The notes beneath the pieces are model-generated. The model saw only the letters and a list, made by a program, of their open reading frames with translations, made no database searches and was not told the origin of the DNA. Of a stretch of 64,000 nt of DNA, positions 18,065-27,847 are shown one piece after another. Made by a program: the position numbers and the translations under genes. How positions within the stretch are numbered: position 1 is the first letter of the stretch; every line of letters begins with the position of its first letter. Source of the DNA: Methanobacteriota archaeon (lineage in GTDB: Archaea; Thermoplasmatota; Poseidoniia; Poseidoniales; Thalassarchaeaceae); NCBI GenBank assembly GCA_016845345.1, contig JAERSV010000057.1, positions 183 through 64,182 of the forward strand, in the 5' to 3' direction.

Positions 18065-19282
18065 ATGACGGTCTACTGCCCCAAGTGCGAAGGCCCAAAT
18101 GAAGCCACCGCGAAGTTCTGTTTACAGTGTGGAAATGACTTTGATGTTGAAGGGCCAATTACATCAACTGGGCATGATGTGAAATCTCTAAAAGACTCAA
18201 TCAAAAGTAGAGATGACCTCTCAATGGCTGAAAAATTTGATTTAATTGCTAAAATTGAAGATGGGGCAAATCCTGTTGAATTAGGAATCGCTGCAACTTC
18301 TGCACAAGCCGCTGAAGAATCTCAGCAAGAAGCCATGAAATCGGCAGCAGTATCCGAACCTGCTGCCGCCTCAACATTTGTCTCAAGCCCAGCAGCCGCC
18401 GCTGCTGTTGCCATGGTTTCCCAAGAAAGTGATGCTTGGGGTATGGTTATGGCAGGTCGAGTCAATACCTCAGAGCAAGTTTTCAGGCAAGCAATGGATT
18501 TAGGAATGCAAGCAAGCCACCATATTCACGACATATCCCACGGTGGAATTGATGAAACTAATCTCACCAATGAGGACTTGCGAGCAATCCCTGTACTAAA
18601 ACCACCAAAGAGGTCATTTTGCCCAAAGTGTGGTTCAGATATCCTGTCTCACAGCAATCTACAATGGAAGAAGTGGAGAGACCACTCCGCTGAGGTTGTT
18701 CAAGTACAAGCCCAGGCGGCAATGGAAGCATCTCTTGTCCAAATCGCCGCACACTATCTGAAAGCAATGGATGCTCTTGAAATCGCAAACAAACAACTCG
18801 AAGAAAAATTAGGAGATGTTGATGAAAAAGAGTTGGCCAAAGCACTGGAACCAAAGATTCGAAAAAAGGTACGCGCCGAACTAGAAAAAGAGTACAAGTC
18901 TGGAGCAGTTGCTTCATCAGGCAAGAAGACGGCACCGAAAGCTGCAACTCGAAGTTCAAAACCCAAGCCAAAGGCCGGTGGAAAGGTTGGAGGTGCAGCG
19001 GCGCTATTTGGTGGTGGCCCGAAAATATCAAAGAAATTTGAAGGAGCAAAGAAGGACAAACCAGACTGGTTCCTCGAGGAAGCCTTGGATACTATCTATG
19101 ACCCTCACGGTACTGGAAAACCACTCAAACCAAAGACCATTTTAGCACGTTCAAGTGATGGAAATGTTCGCGTGCAGGATGTTGTGAGAATTTATGCTAA
19201 GGAAGGAGAAGATGGACTGAGTGAGTTAGCGTGGACTAGCCCTTCAACTCGTTATATCATCGAAGCATACGATGCATGCTGA
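18065..19282 (+). CDS. Hypothetical protein with two Zn-ribbon regions, coiled coil and Lys-rich linker
   Basis: YCPKC...FCLQCG at the N-terminus, FCPKCGS internally. Confidence 0.8.
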   Translation: MTVYCPKCEGPNEATAKFCLQCGNDFDVEGPITSTGHDVKSLKDSIKSRDDLSMAEKFDLIAKIEDGANPVELGIAATSAQAAEESQQEAMKSAAVSEPAAASTFVSSPAAAAAVAMVSQESDAWGMVMAGRVNTSEQVFRQAMDLGMQASHHIHDISHGGIDETNLTNEDLRAIPVLKPPKRSFCPKCGSDILSHSNLQWKKWRDHSAEVVQVQAQAAMEASLVQIAAHYLKAMDALEIANKQLEEKLGDVDEKELAKALEPKIRKKVRAELEKEYKSGAVASSGKKTAPKAATRSSKPKPKAGGKVGGAAALFGGGPKISKKFEGAKKDKPDWFLEEALDTIYDPHGTGKPLKPKTILARSSDGNVRVQDVVRIYAKEGEDGLSELAWTSPSTRYIIEAYDAC

Positions 19283-19337
19283 AGAATTGAGAATCAAGTT
19301 TTGATTGTTGATTACCGATTTGATTTACACAACTAAA

Positions 19338-19595
19338 TTATCGGCCAAGAAATTTTTTCTTGACTTCCTTTTTCATTTGCTTTTTGACCATCTCTGTGGC
19401 CTTTTCCTCAATGGCAGTTGTTGCCTTTTGTGTGATTTCGGAGGCCTTCGCACTAACCACATCTGTTACCGGCTTCGTAGCGGTTTTGGCTGCTGATTTT
19501 ACTGCATCAGAGGCTTTCTTTTTGACAGCAGCCTTTCCAGCCCCACCAACCTTAGCAGCAAGTTTCCCGAGTCGTTTTGGTTTCTTATCACTCAT
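19338..19595 (-). CDS. Small Lys/Ala-rich helical protein
   Basis: MSDKKPKRLGKLAAKVGG...KKQMKKEVKKKFLGR; follows carB on the same strand. Confidence 0.65.
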   Translation of the reverse strand: MSDKKPKRLGKLAAKVGGAGKAAVKKKASDAVKSAAKTATKPVTDVVSAKASEITQKATTAIEEKATEMVKKQMKKEVKKKFLGR

Positions 19596-19646
19596 AATTA
19601 CCAATTTGCGATTAAGGCCATCATATTTCCACATTACCTAAGATAA

Positions 19647-22600
19647 TCACTTGAGATAATCGACTTCGAGAGCGCGCGGCTCAGGCAATCCATCTAACAT
19701 TGCAGAAATCGCTTCTGCTTCCATAAATGCCCCTGACATAGTGGTTACAAATGGAATATTCAGTTCAACTGCCAAGCGGCGCATCATATTTCCATCAAGT
19801 ACTGCGCCGCCACTCTTACTCGGTGTATTTATCACCAAGTTGATTTTACCCTGCCTCATCAAATCCAACGCATCAGGTGATTGATGTTCAGCAATTCTGA
19901 ACACTCTCTCAACAGGAACGCCTTCCATTTTCAGCGCGTTTGAGGTACCCGTGGTAGCGTAAAGTGAGAAACCCATTTCAACAAGTTTTTCGGCGATTGG
20001 CACCAACCCTTCCTTATCTCCATCCTTGACGGTTAGATAGACTCCGCCACCTGTGGGAACAGGCAACTCAGTCGCAAGCCTTGCCTTCAAATACGCACGA
20101 GCAGGGTTAACATCACTACCCATTACTTCACCAGTCGACTTCATTTCAGGCCCTGGTGCTGGGTCTAAACCTCTGAGTTTTATGAATGGGAAAACTGGTG
20201 CTTTCACACAAACAAGGCCAACAGTTCTTTCTGGGATTTCCAAGTCCGCTAACTTTGCTCCAATAGTCACATGTGCTGCGATCCTAGCAAGCGGAATGCC
20301 AGTTGATTTTGCGACGAAGGGGAAAGTGCGGGAGCCTCTTGGATTTACTTCTAACACGTAAAGTTCGTCGCCACATATGGCAAATTGTATGTTGTAACAA
20401 CCTATGATATTCAGCCCAAGCCCGATTTTTTCGGTCCAATCTTTGACTTGTGCAAGAATTTCGGCACTGACATTCTGAGGCGGGATGAAACATGTTGAAT
20501 CTCCTGAGTGGATTCCAGCCTCTTCCAAATGTTCCATGATTGCTCCTATGAGTACCTCAGTGCCATCTGATACCGCGTCAACATCAAGTTCAATTGCGTG
20601 ACCTAAATATTCGTCTGCAAGCAGTGGTTTATCTGGTGCTAAGAATGCTTCTTGCATATACGCATCCAATTGTTCATCACTAGTAAGTATCTCCATACCT
20701 CTCCCACCTAAGACATAAGATGGACGAATTAGTACTGGGAAACCTATCTCTTGTACCGCAGACCTAACCTCATCTGGAGTACTACCTGTTTGACCTCTTG
20801 GCATCCTCAATTTGGCTCTCTTAGAAAACGCTTCGAAGCGTTCTCGATCGCTCGCTTCATCAACTGCATCTGGGGATGTTCCTTCTAATTGCATATTCAG
20901 ACCCATTGATGCAAGGTGTTCTAATCTCCCACCAAGTGGAAGCGCTAAATTGATTGCAGTTTGGCCTCCAAATTGCAGTAAAATCCCATCAGCACCCTCT
21001 CGTAACAGAATTTCAGCAACCGCCTCCAAAGTGAGTGGGTCAAAGTAGAGGCGGTCTGATGTATCGAAATCAGTTGACACCGTTTCTGGATTATTATTGA
21101 TGAGGATGGCTTCGTGGCCAATCTCTCGAATCGCTTGCACCGCGTGAACAGCACCATAATCAAATTCAATTCCTTGACCAATGCGAATTGGTCCTGAACC
21201 GATTACGACAAGCCTTCGTGACTCATCGCCTGAAGGAGTTGTTTTTCTCTTATCGAGGACTCTATCGATTCCTAATTGGCCGTTTTTTTCGTAAGTTGAA
21301 TAATAGTAAGGCGTTACTGCTGCGAACTCGGCAGCGCAACTGTCAACCATTCTATAGACTGGATGAAGATTTAATTCGTGGCGTCTTGCCATGACATCAA
21401 ACTCTGTCTTACCCGCTTTCTTGATTCGCCACCCAGAAGCAGGATATCCAGCCAAAGCATCTGCAATGTGGGCATCAGTTAATCCATTGGCTTTCCAATC
21501 ACTGATGCTTGAAAGAGGAATATCAGCGGCAACCAACCCTTCTTTTCCAGCAGAAACAATCTCATTGTCAATTGCCGCCATTCTCTCAAACTGATGCAAA
21601 AACCAACGAGTAATTGAGGTGATTTCTTCAACCTTATCAACCGACCAACCTCGTCTGAAAACCTCGTAAAGCGCGCCCATTCTACGGTCTGTAGCAACTC
21701 TAATCCATTCTTCTAGAATATCATCGGGTAGTGGCTCACTTGCTCGTTCACCCATTCCTTCTCCTTCGGACATGTCGGCCATAGTGAGAGGTCTAGGATG
21801 TGGAACACCATACTCAAGAGAGGCCCAAGCCTTGAGAAACGCCTCGCCAAAGCACCTTCCAATAGCCATTACTTCACCAGTTGATTTCATTGATGTTCCT
21901 AAAGTTCTGTCAGCAGTTCTAAACTTGTCAAACGGCCAGCGTGGAATTTTAACGACACAATAATCGAGAGTTGGTTCGAAAGCGGCTGTGGTTCCTTCAC
22001 CCGTAATTGGATTTGGTAATTCATCCAAGGTGTAGCCAACAGCAATTAATGCCGCCATTCTTGCAATAGGATATCCCGTTGCCTTACTTGCAAGAGCTGA
22101 TGATCGGGAAACCCGAGGATTAACTTCAATCACAACATATTCACCGGTATCTTGGTTGAAAGAGAATTGAACATTGCATCCACCTTTGATATCAAGTCTG
22201 CGAATCAAACGCAAAGCCGCATCCCGCAACATCTGATGGTCGCGGTCAGAAAGTGTTTGTTGTGGAGCAACAACAACAGATTCACCGGTGTGAACACCCA
22301 TCGGGTCAATATTCTCCATTGTACAGACAATTATGCAGTTGTCTGCAGCATCTCGCATCACTTCGTACTCATGTTCTTGCCATCCCAAAATGCTCTCTTC
22401 GATGAGTACCTGACCAATTCTTGAATGAAGAATACCCTGACTGGCAATCTCAACTAATTCGCCACGGTTCCATGCCGTACCCCCACCTAACCCTCCAAGA
22501 GTAAATGCTGGTCGCACGAGTAGGGGGAAAGAACCGATTTTTTCAGCGGCTGAAAGAACTTCGTTGATTGAATTACAAGCGTGGGCTTCACAAATTGGCA

Positions 22601-23021
22601 AGCCGATTTCACTGCAAACCTTGTTGAATAAATCTCGATCTTCTGCTTCATCAATTGAGACCAGATTACAACCAATTAATTCAACATCTAATTTTTCCAA
22701 AGTGCCATCGTGTGCTAATGCTGATGCTAAATTTAGGGCGGTTTGACCGCCCATTCCTGCAAGTAATGCATCTGGCCGCTCGATTTCTAAGATTCTTCGA
22801 ATTACATCTGGTAACAGAGGTTCAATGTAAATCTGGTCTGCCATCTCAGGGTCATTCTGAATTGTTGCAGGATTGCTGTTGACTAGAATGACCTCGTATC
22901 CATCTGCCCGCAGAGCACGACAGGCTTGCGAACCTGAGAAATCAAACTCCGCCGCTTGACCAATCTTGATTGGGCCAGAACCAAGAATCATGATGCGCTT
23001 GAGGTCATCGCGGCGAGGCAT
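19647..23021 (-). CDS. carB: Carbamoyl-phosphate synthase large subunit
   Basis: GSGPIKIGQAAEFDFSG, NSNPATI, HTGES, EVNPRVSRSSALASKATGYPIA, second ATP-grasp half, MGS domain. Confidence 0.98.
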   Translation of the reverse strand: MPRRDDLKRIMILGSGPIKIGQAAEFDFSGSQACRALRADGYEVILVNSNPATIQNDPEMADQIYIEPLLPDVIRRILEIERPDALLAGMGGQTALNLASALAHDGTLEKLDVELIGCNLVSIDEAEDRDLFNKVCSEIGLPICEAHACNSINEVLSAAEKIGSFPLLVRPAFTLGGLGGGTAWNRGELVEIASQGILHSRIGQVLIEESILGWQEHEYEVMRDAADNCIIVCTMENIDPMGVHTGESVVVAPQQTLSDRDHQMLRDAALRLIRRLDIKGGCNVQFSFNQDTGEYVVIEVNPRVSRSSALASKATGYPIARMAALIAVGYTLDELPNPITGEGTTAAFEPTLDYCVVKIPRWPFDKFRTADRTLGTSMKSTGEVMAIGRCFGEAFLKAWASLEYGVPHPRPLTMADMSEGEGMGERASEPLPDDILEEWIRVATDRRMGALYEVFRRGWSVDKVEEITSITRWFLHQFERMAAIDNEIVSAGKEGLVAADIPLSSISDWKANGLTDAHIADALAGYPASGWRIKKAGKTEFDVMARRHELNLHPVYRMVDSCAAEFAAVTPYYYSTYEKNGQLGIDRVLDKRKTTPSGDESRRLVVIGSGPIRIGQGIEFDYGAVHAVQAIREIGHEAILINNNPETVSTDFDTSDRLYFDPLTLEAVAEILLREGADGILLQFGGQTAINLALPLGGRLEHLASMGLNMQLEGTSPDAVDEASDRERFEAFSKRAKLRMPRGQTGSTPDEVRSAVQEIGFPVLIRPSYVLGGRGMEILTSDEQLDAYMQEAFLAPDKPLLADEYLGHAIELDVDAVSDGTEVLIGAIMEHLEEAGIHSGDSTCFIPPQNVSAEILAQVKDWTEKIGLGLNIIGCYNIQFAICGDELYVLEVNPRGSRTFPFVAKSTGIPLARIAAHVTIGAKLADLEIPERTVGLVCVKAPVFPFIKLRGLDPAPGPEMKSTGEVMGSDVNPARAYLKARLATELPVPTGGGVYLTVKDGDKEGLVPIAEKLVEMGFSLYATTGTSNALKMEGVPVERVFRIAEHQSPDALDLMRQGKINLVINTPSKSGGAVLDGNMMRRLAVELNIPFVTTMSGAFMEAEAISAMLDGLPEPRALEVDYLK

Positions 23022-24343
23022 TATGCACCACCTCGCTTTGAGTTAGGTAATTGCCCTGCCATCTCTTTAGCAACAATTTCTGAAAACATGTCAAACAAAG
23101 GTTCGGCATCATGTGGGCCAGGGCAAGCTTCAGGGTGATATTGGACACTAAACGCTGGTCTTCCAACAACATCCAATCCTTCCACCGTTCTGTCATTAGC
23201 ATTGACAAAACGGACTTCTGTCGCTGCCTCAGAAAGGGCTGTCGGAGCACCTTGGCTCTCCCAAATAGGATGGGGTGCTAGCGGTTCTTCATCTCTAGGA
23301 TTCACAGCAAAACCATGATTTTGACTAGTGATTGTGACTTTTCCTGTGACTAAATCAACGACTGGTTGGTTCGCTCCACGATGACCATAGCGCAATTTGT
23401 AAGTCTCTAAACCGGTTGCGAGCCCCAGTAATTGATGACCAAGACAAATTCCCATTACAGGTATTTTCTCATTCAGGCCATCTGCTAATGTTTTCCTTGC
23501 ACCCATTGCCTTTCCGCCGTGAGCCGGGTCACCCGGGCCATTAGAACAGAAGAGTGCATCTATCTGCCAATCACTCACAAGTGTGTCATAACCAATATCT
23601 GGCGGGCACCATAGAACCTCAAATCGGTTACTTAGTTGGCGCAGAATATTGTACTTGATTCCACAATCAAGCGCCGCTACGCGCGGCAAAGCAACCCCAT
23701 CAGAGTCCGTAACCCCCTCGTTGAGAAGTATCGCATCATCTCTACTCACTTCATCAACTAAGTCTTCTAAGTCGGGTGAAGTCATTTTTTCAAGTCGGGC
23801 AAGCATTTCTTGTTCCATCTCAAGAGGACCAAATTGGCACAGAATCACCCCGTGCTCACGAACTCTCCTTGTCAAGGCTCTAGTGTCTACACCTGTTATC
23901 CCAGGAACGCCATGAGCGAGGAGAAAATCATTGACAGAACCGATACAGTTGCGGTGGTCTGGGTGTCCAATCCACTCTCGGCAAACAACACCTCGAGGCC
24001 AAACCCCTGCTGATTCCGAAATACTTGGTGCTACACCATAATTTCCTAAAAGCGGCCAAGTAAACGTCAACACTTGTCCAGCAAAAGATGGGTCAGTCAA
24101 AGATTCCTGAAAACCCGTCATCCCGGTTGTGAATACTAATTCACCTTCACCAATTGTTGCCGCGCCAAACAATTCTCCCTCAAAACGAGAACCGTCTGCA
24201 AGAAGGATGACACCTCTGCCATGAGCAGATTCATGAGTGGCAGATGTTGAATTGATGAGCACATCCGCTGCATCAATGCCACAAAATGGATTAAAAACGC
24301 CGGGTTGGCCTCCTCCGGGACTAAAGCCGCCGTGTGAAGTCAC
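23021..24343 (-). CDS. carA: Carbamoyl-phosphate synthase small subunit
   Basis: GELVFTTGMTG, SNGPGDP, GICLGHQ, TSQNHGF, QYHPEACPGPHD; stop overlaps the carB start. Confidence 0.97.
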   Translation of the reverse strand: MTSHGGFSPGGGQPGVFNPFCGIDAADVLINSTSATHESAHGRGVILLADGSRFEGELFGAATIGEGELVFTTGMTGFQESLTDPSFAGQVLTFTWPLLGNYGVAPSISESAGVWPRGVVCREWIGHPDHRNCIGSVNDFLLAHGVPGITGVDTRALTRRVREHGVILCQFGPLEMEQEMLARLEKMTSPDLEDLVDEVSRDDAILLNEGVTDSDGVALPRVAALDCGIKYNILRQLSNRFEVLWCPPDIGYDTLVSDWQIDALFCSNGPGDPAHGGKAMGARKTLADGLNEKIPVMGICLGHQLLGLATGLETYKLRYGHRGANQPVVDLVTGKVTITSQNHGFAVNPRDEEPLAPHPIWESQGAPTALSEAATEVRFVNANDRTVEGLDVVGRPAFSVQYHPEACPGPHDAEPLFDMFSEIVAKEMAGQLPNSKRGGA

Positions 24344-24439
24344 CCTTGCACCTTAGAATCGTGCCTGCAAACCGTTCATAATCATTGACACGCGTCAGAA
24401 TCAAAAAATACGTAAAATGATTGTATCATTTACGTTAAT

Positions 24440-24970
24440 CTATTCGCCTTGACGCAAGTCTTTTCCACGCTCGGTAGGATGAATTTCCATCTCTCCATCT
24501 TTGAAATTATTAGGTGGTGAGACGCCATCGTTAAGGCGTTCAAGAAATCCTGCTAATGCCGCCACTTCGGAATGAGGTTGGTTACCAATAGCAACATTGT
24601 ATTGGCACATTTCATAGTATTCACGGGAGACTTTCGCACCACCAACAACAATCACAATTGGTTTGTCGTTGGGAATATCTGGAATCACTTCCTGATATGG
24701 AAGACCATACATTGTCAAGTGAACTGCAACCCCACCGTCGGCAATAAAATTGCGTAAAAATCCAAGCGGTGAGGCTTCATGGCGAGATTCCATCTCACCA
24801 CCAAATCGCATTTTCACATCATCTAATGACTGTATAACTGAAGAATCTTTGTCACCAGCAAGTAAGAATTGTTTTGCCCCATACACCCGTGAAGTGAGAC
24901 CTAAATGAGTAGACATACGTGGGTCGCGCCCAGCCCTGTGAGACAACCGAAGAACAGTGATGTGTGCCAT
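24440..24970 (-). CDS. trm56: tRNA (cytidine56-2'-O)-methyltransferase aTrm56
   Basis: LRLSHRAGRDPRMSTH, VHLTMYG, VVGGAKV, NVAIGNQPHSEVAALA. Confidence 0.95.
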   Translation of the reverse strand: MAHITVLRLSHRAGRDPRMSTHLGLTSRVYGAKQFLLAGDKDSSVIQSLDDVKMRFGGEMESRHEASPLGFLRNFIADGGVAVHLTMYGLPYQEVIPDIPNDKPIVIVVGGAKVSREYYEMCQYNVAIGNQPHSEVAALAGFLERLNDGVSPPNNFKDGEMEIHPTERGKDLRQGE

Positions 24971-24981
24971 GGACCTCACCC

Positions 24982-25665
24982 TTAGGCGGGAGAGACTTCC
25001 TCTTCATCCTTGTCAAAGTCCCCCTGACCAATCAAGAGTGGCTCAATCGTTGATAATTCGATAGGGAAGGACTGGAGCATTTTTTGCACCCATGAAAGGA
25101 GGATTGCATCGAGTAACATGTGAGAAGCGAAGTGTACCATTATTGCGAGAGCACCGATTCTCAAAGACTGCAGAGCCATCGATGGACTGCCTTGGTCGGT
25201 GAAAACAATCCAACCCAAAGGTTCCAAGGTGAAGTAAAGTGCTATGATTAGGAGAATTCCTCCAATTAACCCAGACTGCCAACTACTCCGTTCACGACTA
25301 TGCATCAGCAAAACCGTTGCAACCATGACTAAAAGTGGAATCAGGAGTGATACATAGAAAAATCCGAGATTAAAAATCATAGATGCTGGCAAATCAGGGT
25401 CCGTGTCACCAAGTGAATTCCCAATAACTGAAACAGTTAACCACCAAAAAATTCCGACCACTGTGAAAAGTACACCACCCATTACGGAACGACTGTGAAT
25501 CATTTGGCCCATCTCGTGACGGTCTTTTGGCTCAAGACGATTGAGAACACTATCTGCGAGTTCTAGATTTGCGGGATTGGGGAGATTCCCACTATTATCT
25601 GTAACCTCAATGCGGGATTCTGCATCGTTATTCCCGTCATTGGACGAGGTTCCCGCATCAGTCAT
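24982..25665 (-). CDS. Hypothetical integral membrane protein (about 4 TM)
   Basis: 227-aa ORF with four hydrophobic segments; co-directional with trm56. Confidence 0.7.
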   Translation of the reverse strand: MTDAGTSSNDGNNDAESRIEVTDNSGNLPNPANLELADSVLNRLEPKDRHEMGQMIHSRSVMGGVLFTVVGIFWWLTVSVIGNSLGDTDPDLPASMIFNLGFFYVSLLIPLLVMVATVLLMHSRERSSWQSGLIGGILLIIALYFTLEPLGWIVFTDQGSPSMALQSLRIGALAIMVHFASHMLLDAILLSWVQKMLQSFPIELSTIEPLLIGQGDFDKDEEEVSPA

Positions 25666-25721
25666 AGATAGGTTGGCTATTGCGTGGGATGATAAACGAT
25701 TGCCCTAAGGGCAAGGTGGAC

Positions 25722-26567
25722 ATGCATGACTTGGCACCTTTCCTGAATTGCCGAGATGATGGGCGTCCACGTCTGATGGGAATCGTCAATGTGACCCCCG
25801 ATTCATTTCACGCCGCATCGAGAGTCGCTTCTTTAGAAGCGGCGATTACAACTGCTTTGGATATGTGGGATGCTGGCGCAGATTGGGTTGATGTTGGCGG
25901 AGAATCAACTAGACCAGGCGCCCAGCCGGTTCCAGTCAGTGAAGAAATATCCAGAGTCATACCTGTGATTGAAGCACTTAGGAATAAACGACCTAATGGT
26001 CTGATCTCAATTGATACTCGACATGTTAGTGTAGCAGCTGCTGCACTAGCAGCCGGTGCAAACATGATAAACGATGTATCAGGGTTACGCGACCCTGGAA
26101 TGTTTGATTTAGTGGTTAAATCAAAATGTGCAGTCTGCATTATGCACATGCTTGGAGAACCAGGAAATATGCAGTCAAATCCTCAATACGAAGATGTAGT
26201 CAAGCAAGTTAGTGAAAACTTAATCTCAACTGCTAGAAATCTCATTCAAGAGGGGCACCCAGCCTATCTTATCGCCTTAGACCCGGGCATTGGATTTGGA
26301 AAAACTTTGGAACAAAACCTCGCCTTATTAGAAAAAAGCCAACCTTTTCGTGGAGATGAGGGTTTCTCCCTCCTTTGGGGAGTGAGCAGAAAATCCGTAT
26401 TTAGGGACCTGCTTTCTAGAGAATCAAGTGACCAAAGATTATCGGGGACTTTGGGGGTTGCAGCACACGCGATGAGCCAAGGTGTGGATATCCTAAGGGT
26501 CCATGATGTACCTGAGCACGATGACCTTTTGACAGTCCTCTCCAAATTGAATAATTTCTCACTATAA
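25722..26567 (+). CDS. folP: Dihydropteroate synthase
   Basis: MGIVNVTPDSF, DVGGESTRPG, ISIDT, INDVSG, DPGIGFGK, SRKS, LRVHDV; ATG 25722 has AAGGTGG upstream. Confidence 0.95.
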   Translation: MHDLAPFLNCRDDGRPRLMGIVNVTPDSFHAASRVASLEAAITTALDMWDAGADWVDVGGESTRPGAQPVPVSEEISRVIPVIEALRNKRPNGLISIDTRHVSVAAAALAAGANMINDVSGLRDPGMFDLVVKSKCAVCIMHMLGEPGNMQSNPQYEDVVKQVSENLISTARNLIQEGHPAYLIALDPGIGFGKTLEQNLALLEKSQPFRGDEGFSLLWGVSRKSVFRDLLSRESSDQRLSGTLGVAAHAMSQGVDILRVHDVPEHDDLLTVLSKLNNFSL

Positions 26568-26605
26568 CCAATACTTACAGATAAAATGAAGAGAAACGAA
26601 GGGGG

Positions 26606-27781
26606 ATGTTTAGAAAAATGAGTAGTGTTCCTATCGTTGATATTGACGAAAAATTGCGCCTTATTGGCACTGCTCACGTCAGTCGTGAAAGTGCAGAAGT
26701 CGTGAAGCAACAGATTTCTGAATGGCAACCAGATATTGTTGCGATTGAACTTGATTCAAATCGACTTGCACATCTGCAGAATCCTGACAAATTTGATGAT
26801 GAAGCCCTTTCAAAGGTGCTGAAAGAAGGCCGGACTTCCCTACTATTATTCCAAAGCCTGCTAGCAATTGAACAGCGAAAAATGGGAATGGAGGCAGGTG
26901 AAAGAGTCGGGGTTGACCTTCTGGCCGCTGTCGAATCAGCAGAACAATCCGACATTCCCATTGAGTTAGTTGACCGTGACATACAAATCACATTGAAACG
27001 TGCTTGGAAGAAAATGAAATTGCGTGAAAAATGGAGGATTCTATACTCACTACTTGCTGACGAGCCTGATGAAGAAGATATTGATGTGGAAGAATTACTC
27101 GGAGATGGTGATTTAATTACCCAATTAATGGAAGAATTGCGGGCAGCAGCGCCTGGTGCTGGCGAAGTTCTTGTTGACGAGAGAGATGATTACTTGGCTG
27201 GCTCTATAGAAAATTTACGAGGTGAAAAGAAGGTTTTGGCGGTAATTGGTGCGGGCCACATTGATGGGGTCAAAAAACGCCTCGAGAATAACCAAAAACT
27301 TAGCCAAGAAAGATGGAATGAATTACTCTCAGTTCCTCGACCTAATCCCGTTTGGAAGATGATTAAATGGGGATTCCCAATAATCATTCTCGGATTGTTT
27401 GGATTTCTCTTAATGCAAGGTGATTACGAAGAATTACTCACAGTCGCATATACTTGGCTTGCTTTCAATGCTGCTCTTGCCGCACTCGGAGCGCTACTTG
27501 CCAGAGGTCATCCATTGGCTATTCTAACTGCGGCATTAGCCTCCCCCATCACATCGCTGAATCCAACTCTAGCCGCAGGTTGGTTTGCTGGGGCTGTGCA
27601 GATGAAAATCGCTAAACCAACCTCAAAAGACTTACAAAATTTCTTGAAATTGGATTCTTTTGGCTTGTTCTGGAGTAATCGAGTCGGACGCGTTTTGATG
27701 GTCACCGCACTTGCAAACCTTGGATCATCAATCGGGGCGTATCTTGCTGGAACAGCAATACTCGGTGCACTACTTGTCTGA
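26606..27781 (+). CDS. TraB/PrgY/GumN-family protein
   Basis: LIGTAHVS, VAIELD, LVDERD, VIGAGH, SLNP..AAGWFAG with C-terminal TMs. Confidence 0.9.
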   Translation: MFRKMSSVPIVDIDEKLRLIGTAHVSRESAEVVKQQISEWQPDIVAIELDSNRLAHLQNPDKFDDEALSKVLKEGRTSLLLFQSLLAIEQRKMGMEAGERVGVDLLAAVESAEQSDIPIELVDRDIQITLKRAWKKMKLREKWRILYSLLADEPDEEDIDVEELLGDGDLITQLMEELRAAAPGAGEVLVDERDDYLAGSIENLRGEKKVLAVIGAGHIDGVKKRLENNQKLSQERWNELLSVPRPNPVWKMIKWGFPIIILGLFGFLLMQGDYEELLTVAYTWLAFNAALAALGALLARGHPLAILTAALASPITSLNPTLAAGWFAGAVQMKIAKPTSKDLQNFLKLDSFGLFWSNRVGRVLMVTALANLGSSIGAYLAGTAILGALLV

Positions 27782-27847
27782 TATCCAAAAATTCAACCTT
27801 AACTCCGAGTGGGGATATTGAAGAACCAAGCCTGATTCGGCTACATC

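Noticed and set aside
18564-19145. Long antisense or alternative-frame ORFs within the 18065-19282 gene, and similar shadows of carB, ppsA and flotillin
   Set aside because: Typical shadow ORFs from codon bias; no independent motifs or start signals
26606-27781. TraB name suggesting conjugation or a plasmid
   Set aside because: This is the TraB/PrgY/GumN (TIKI-like) family common on archaeal chromosomes; no relaxase, T4SS or integrase nearby
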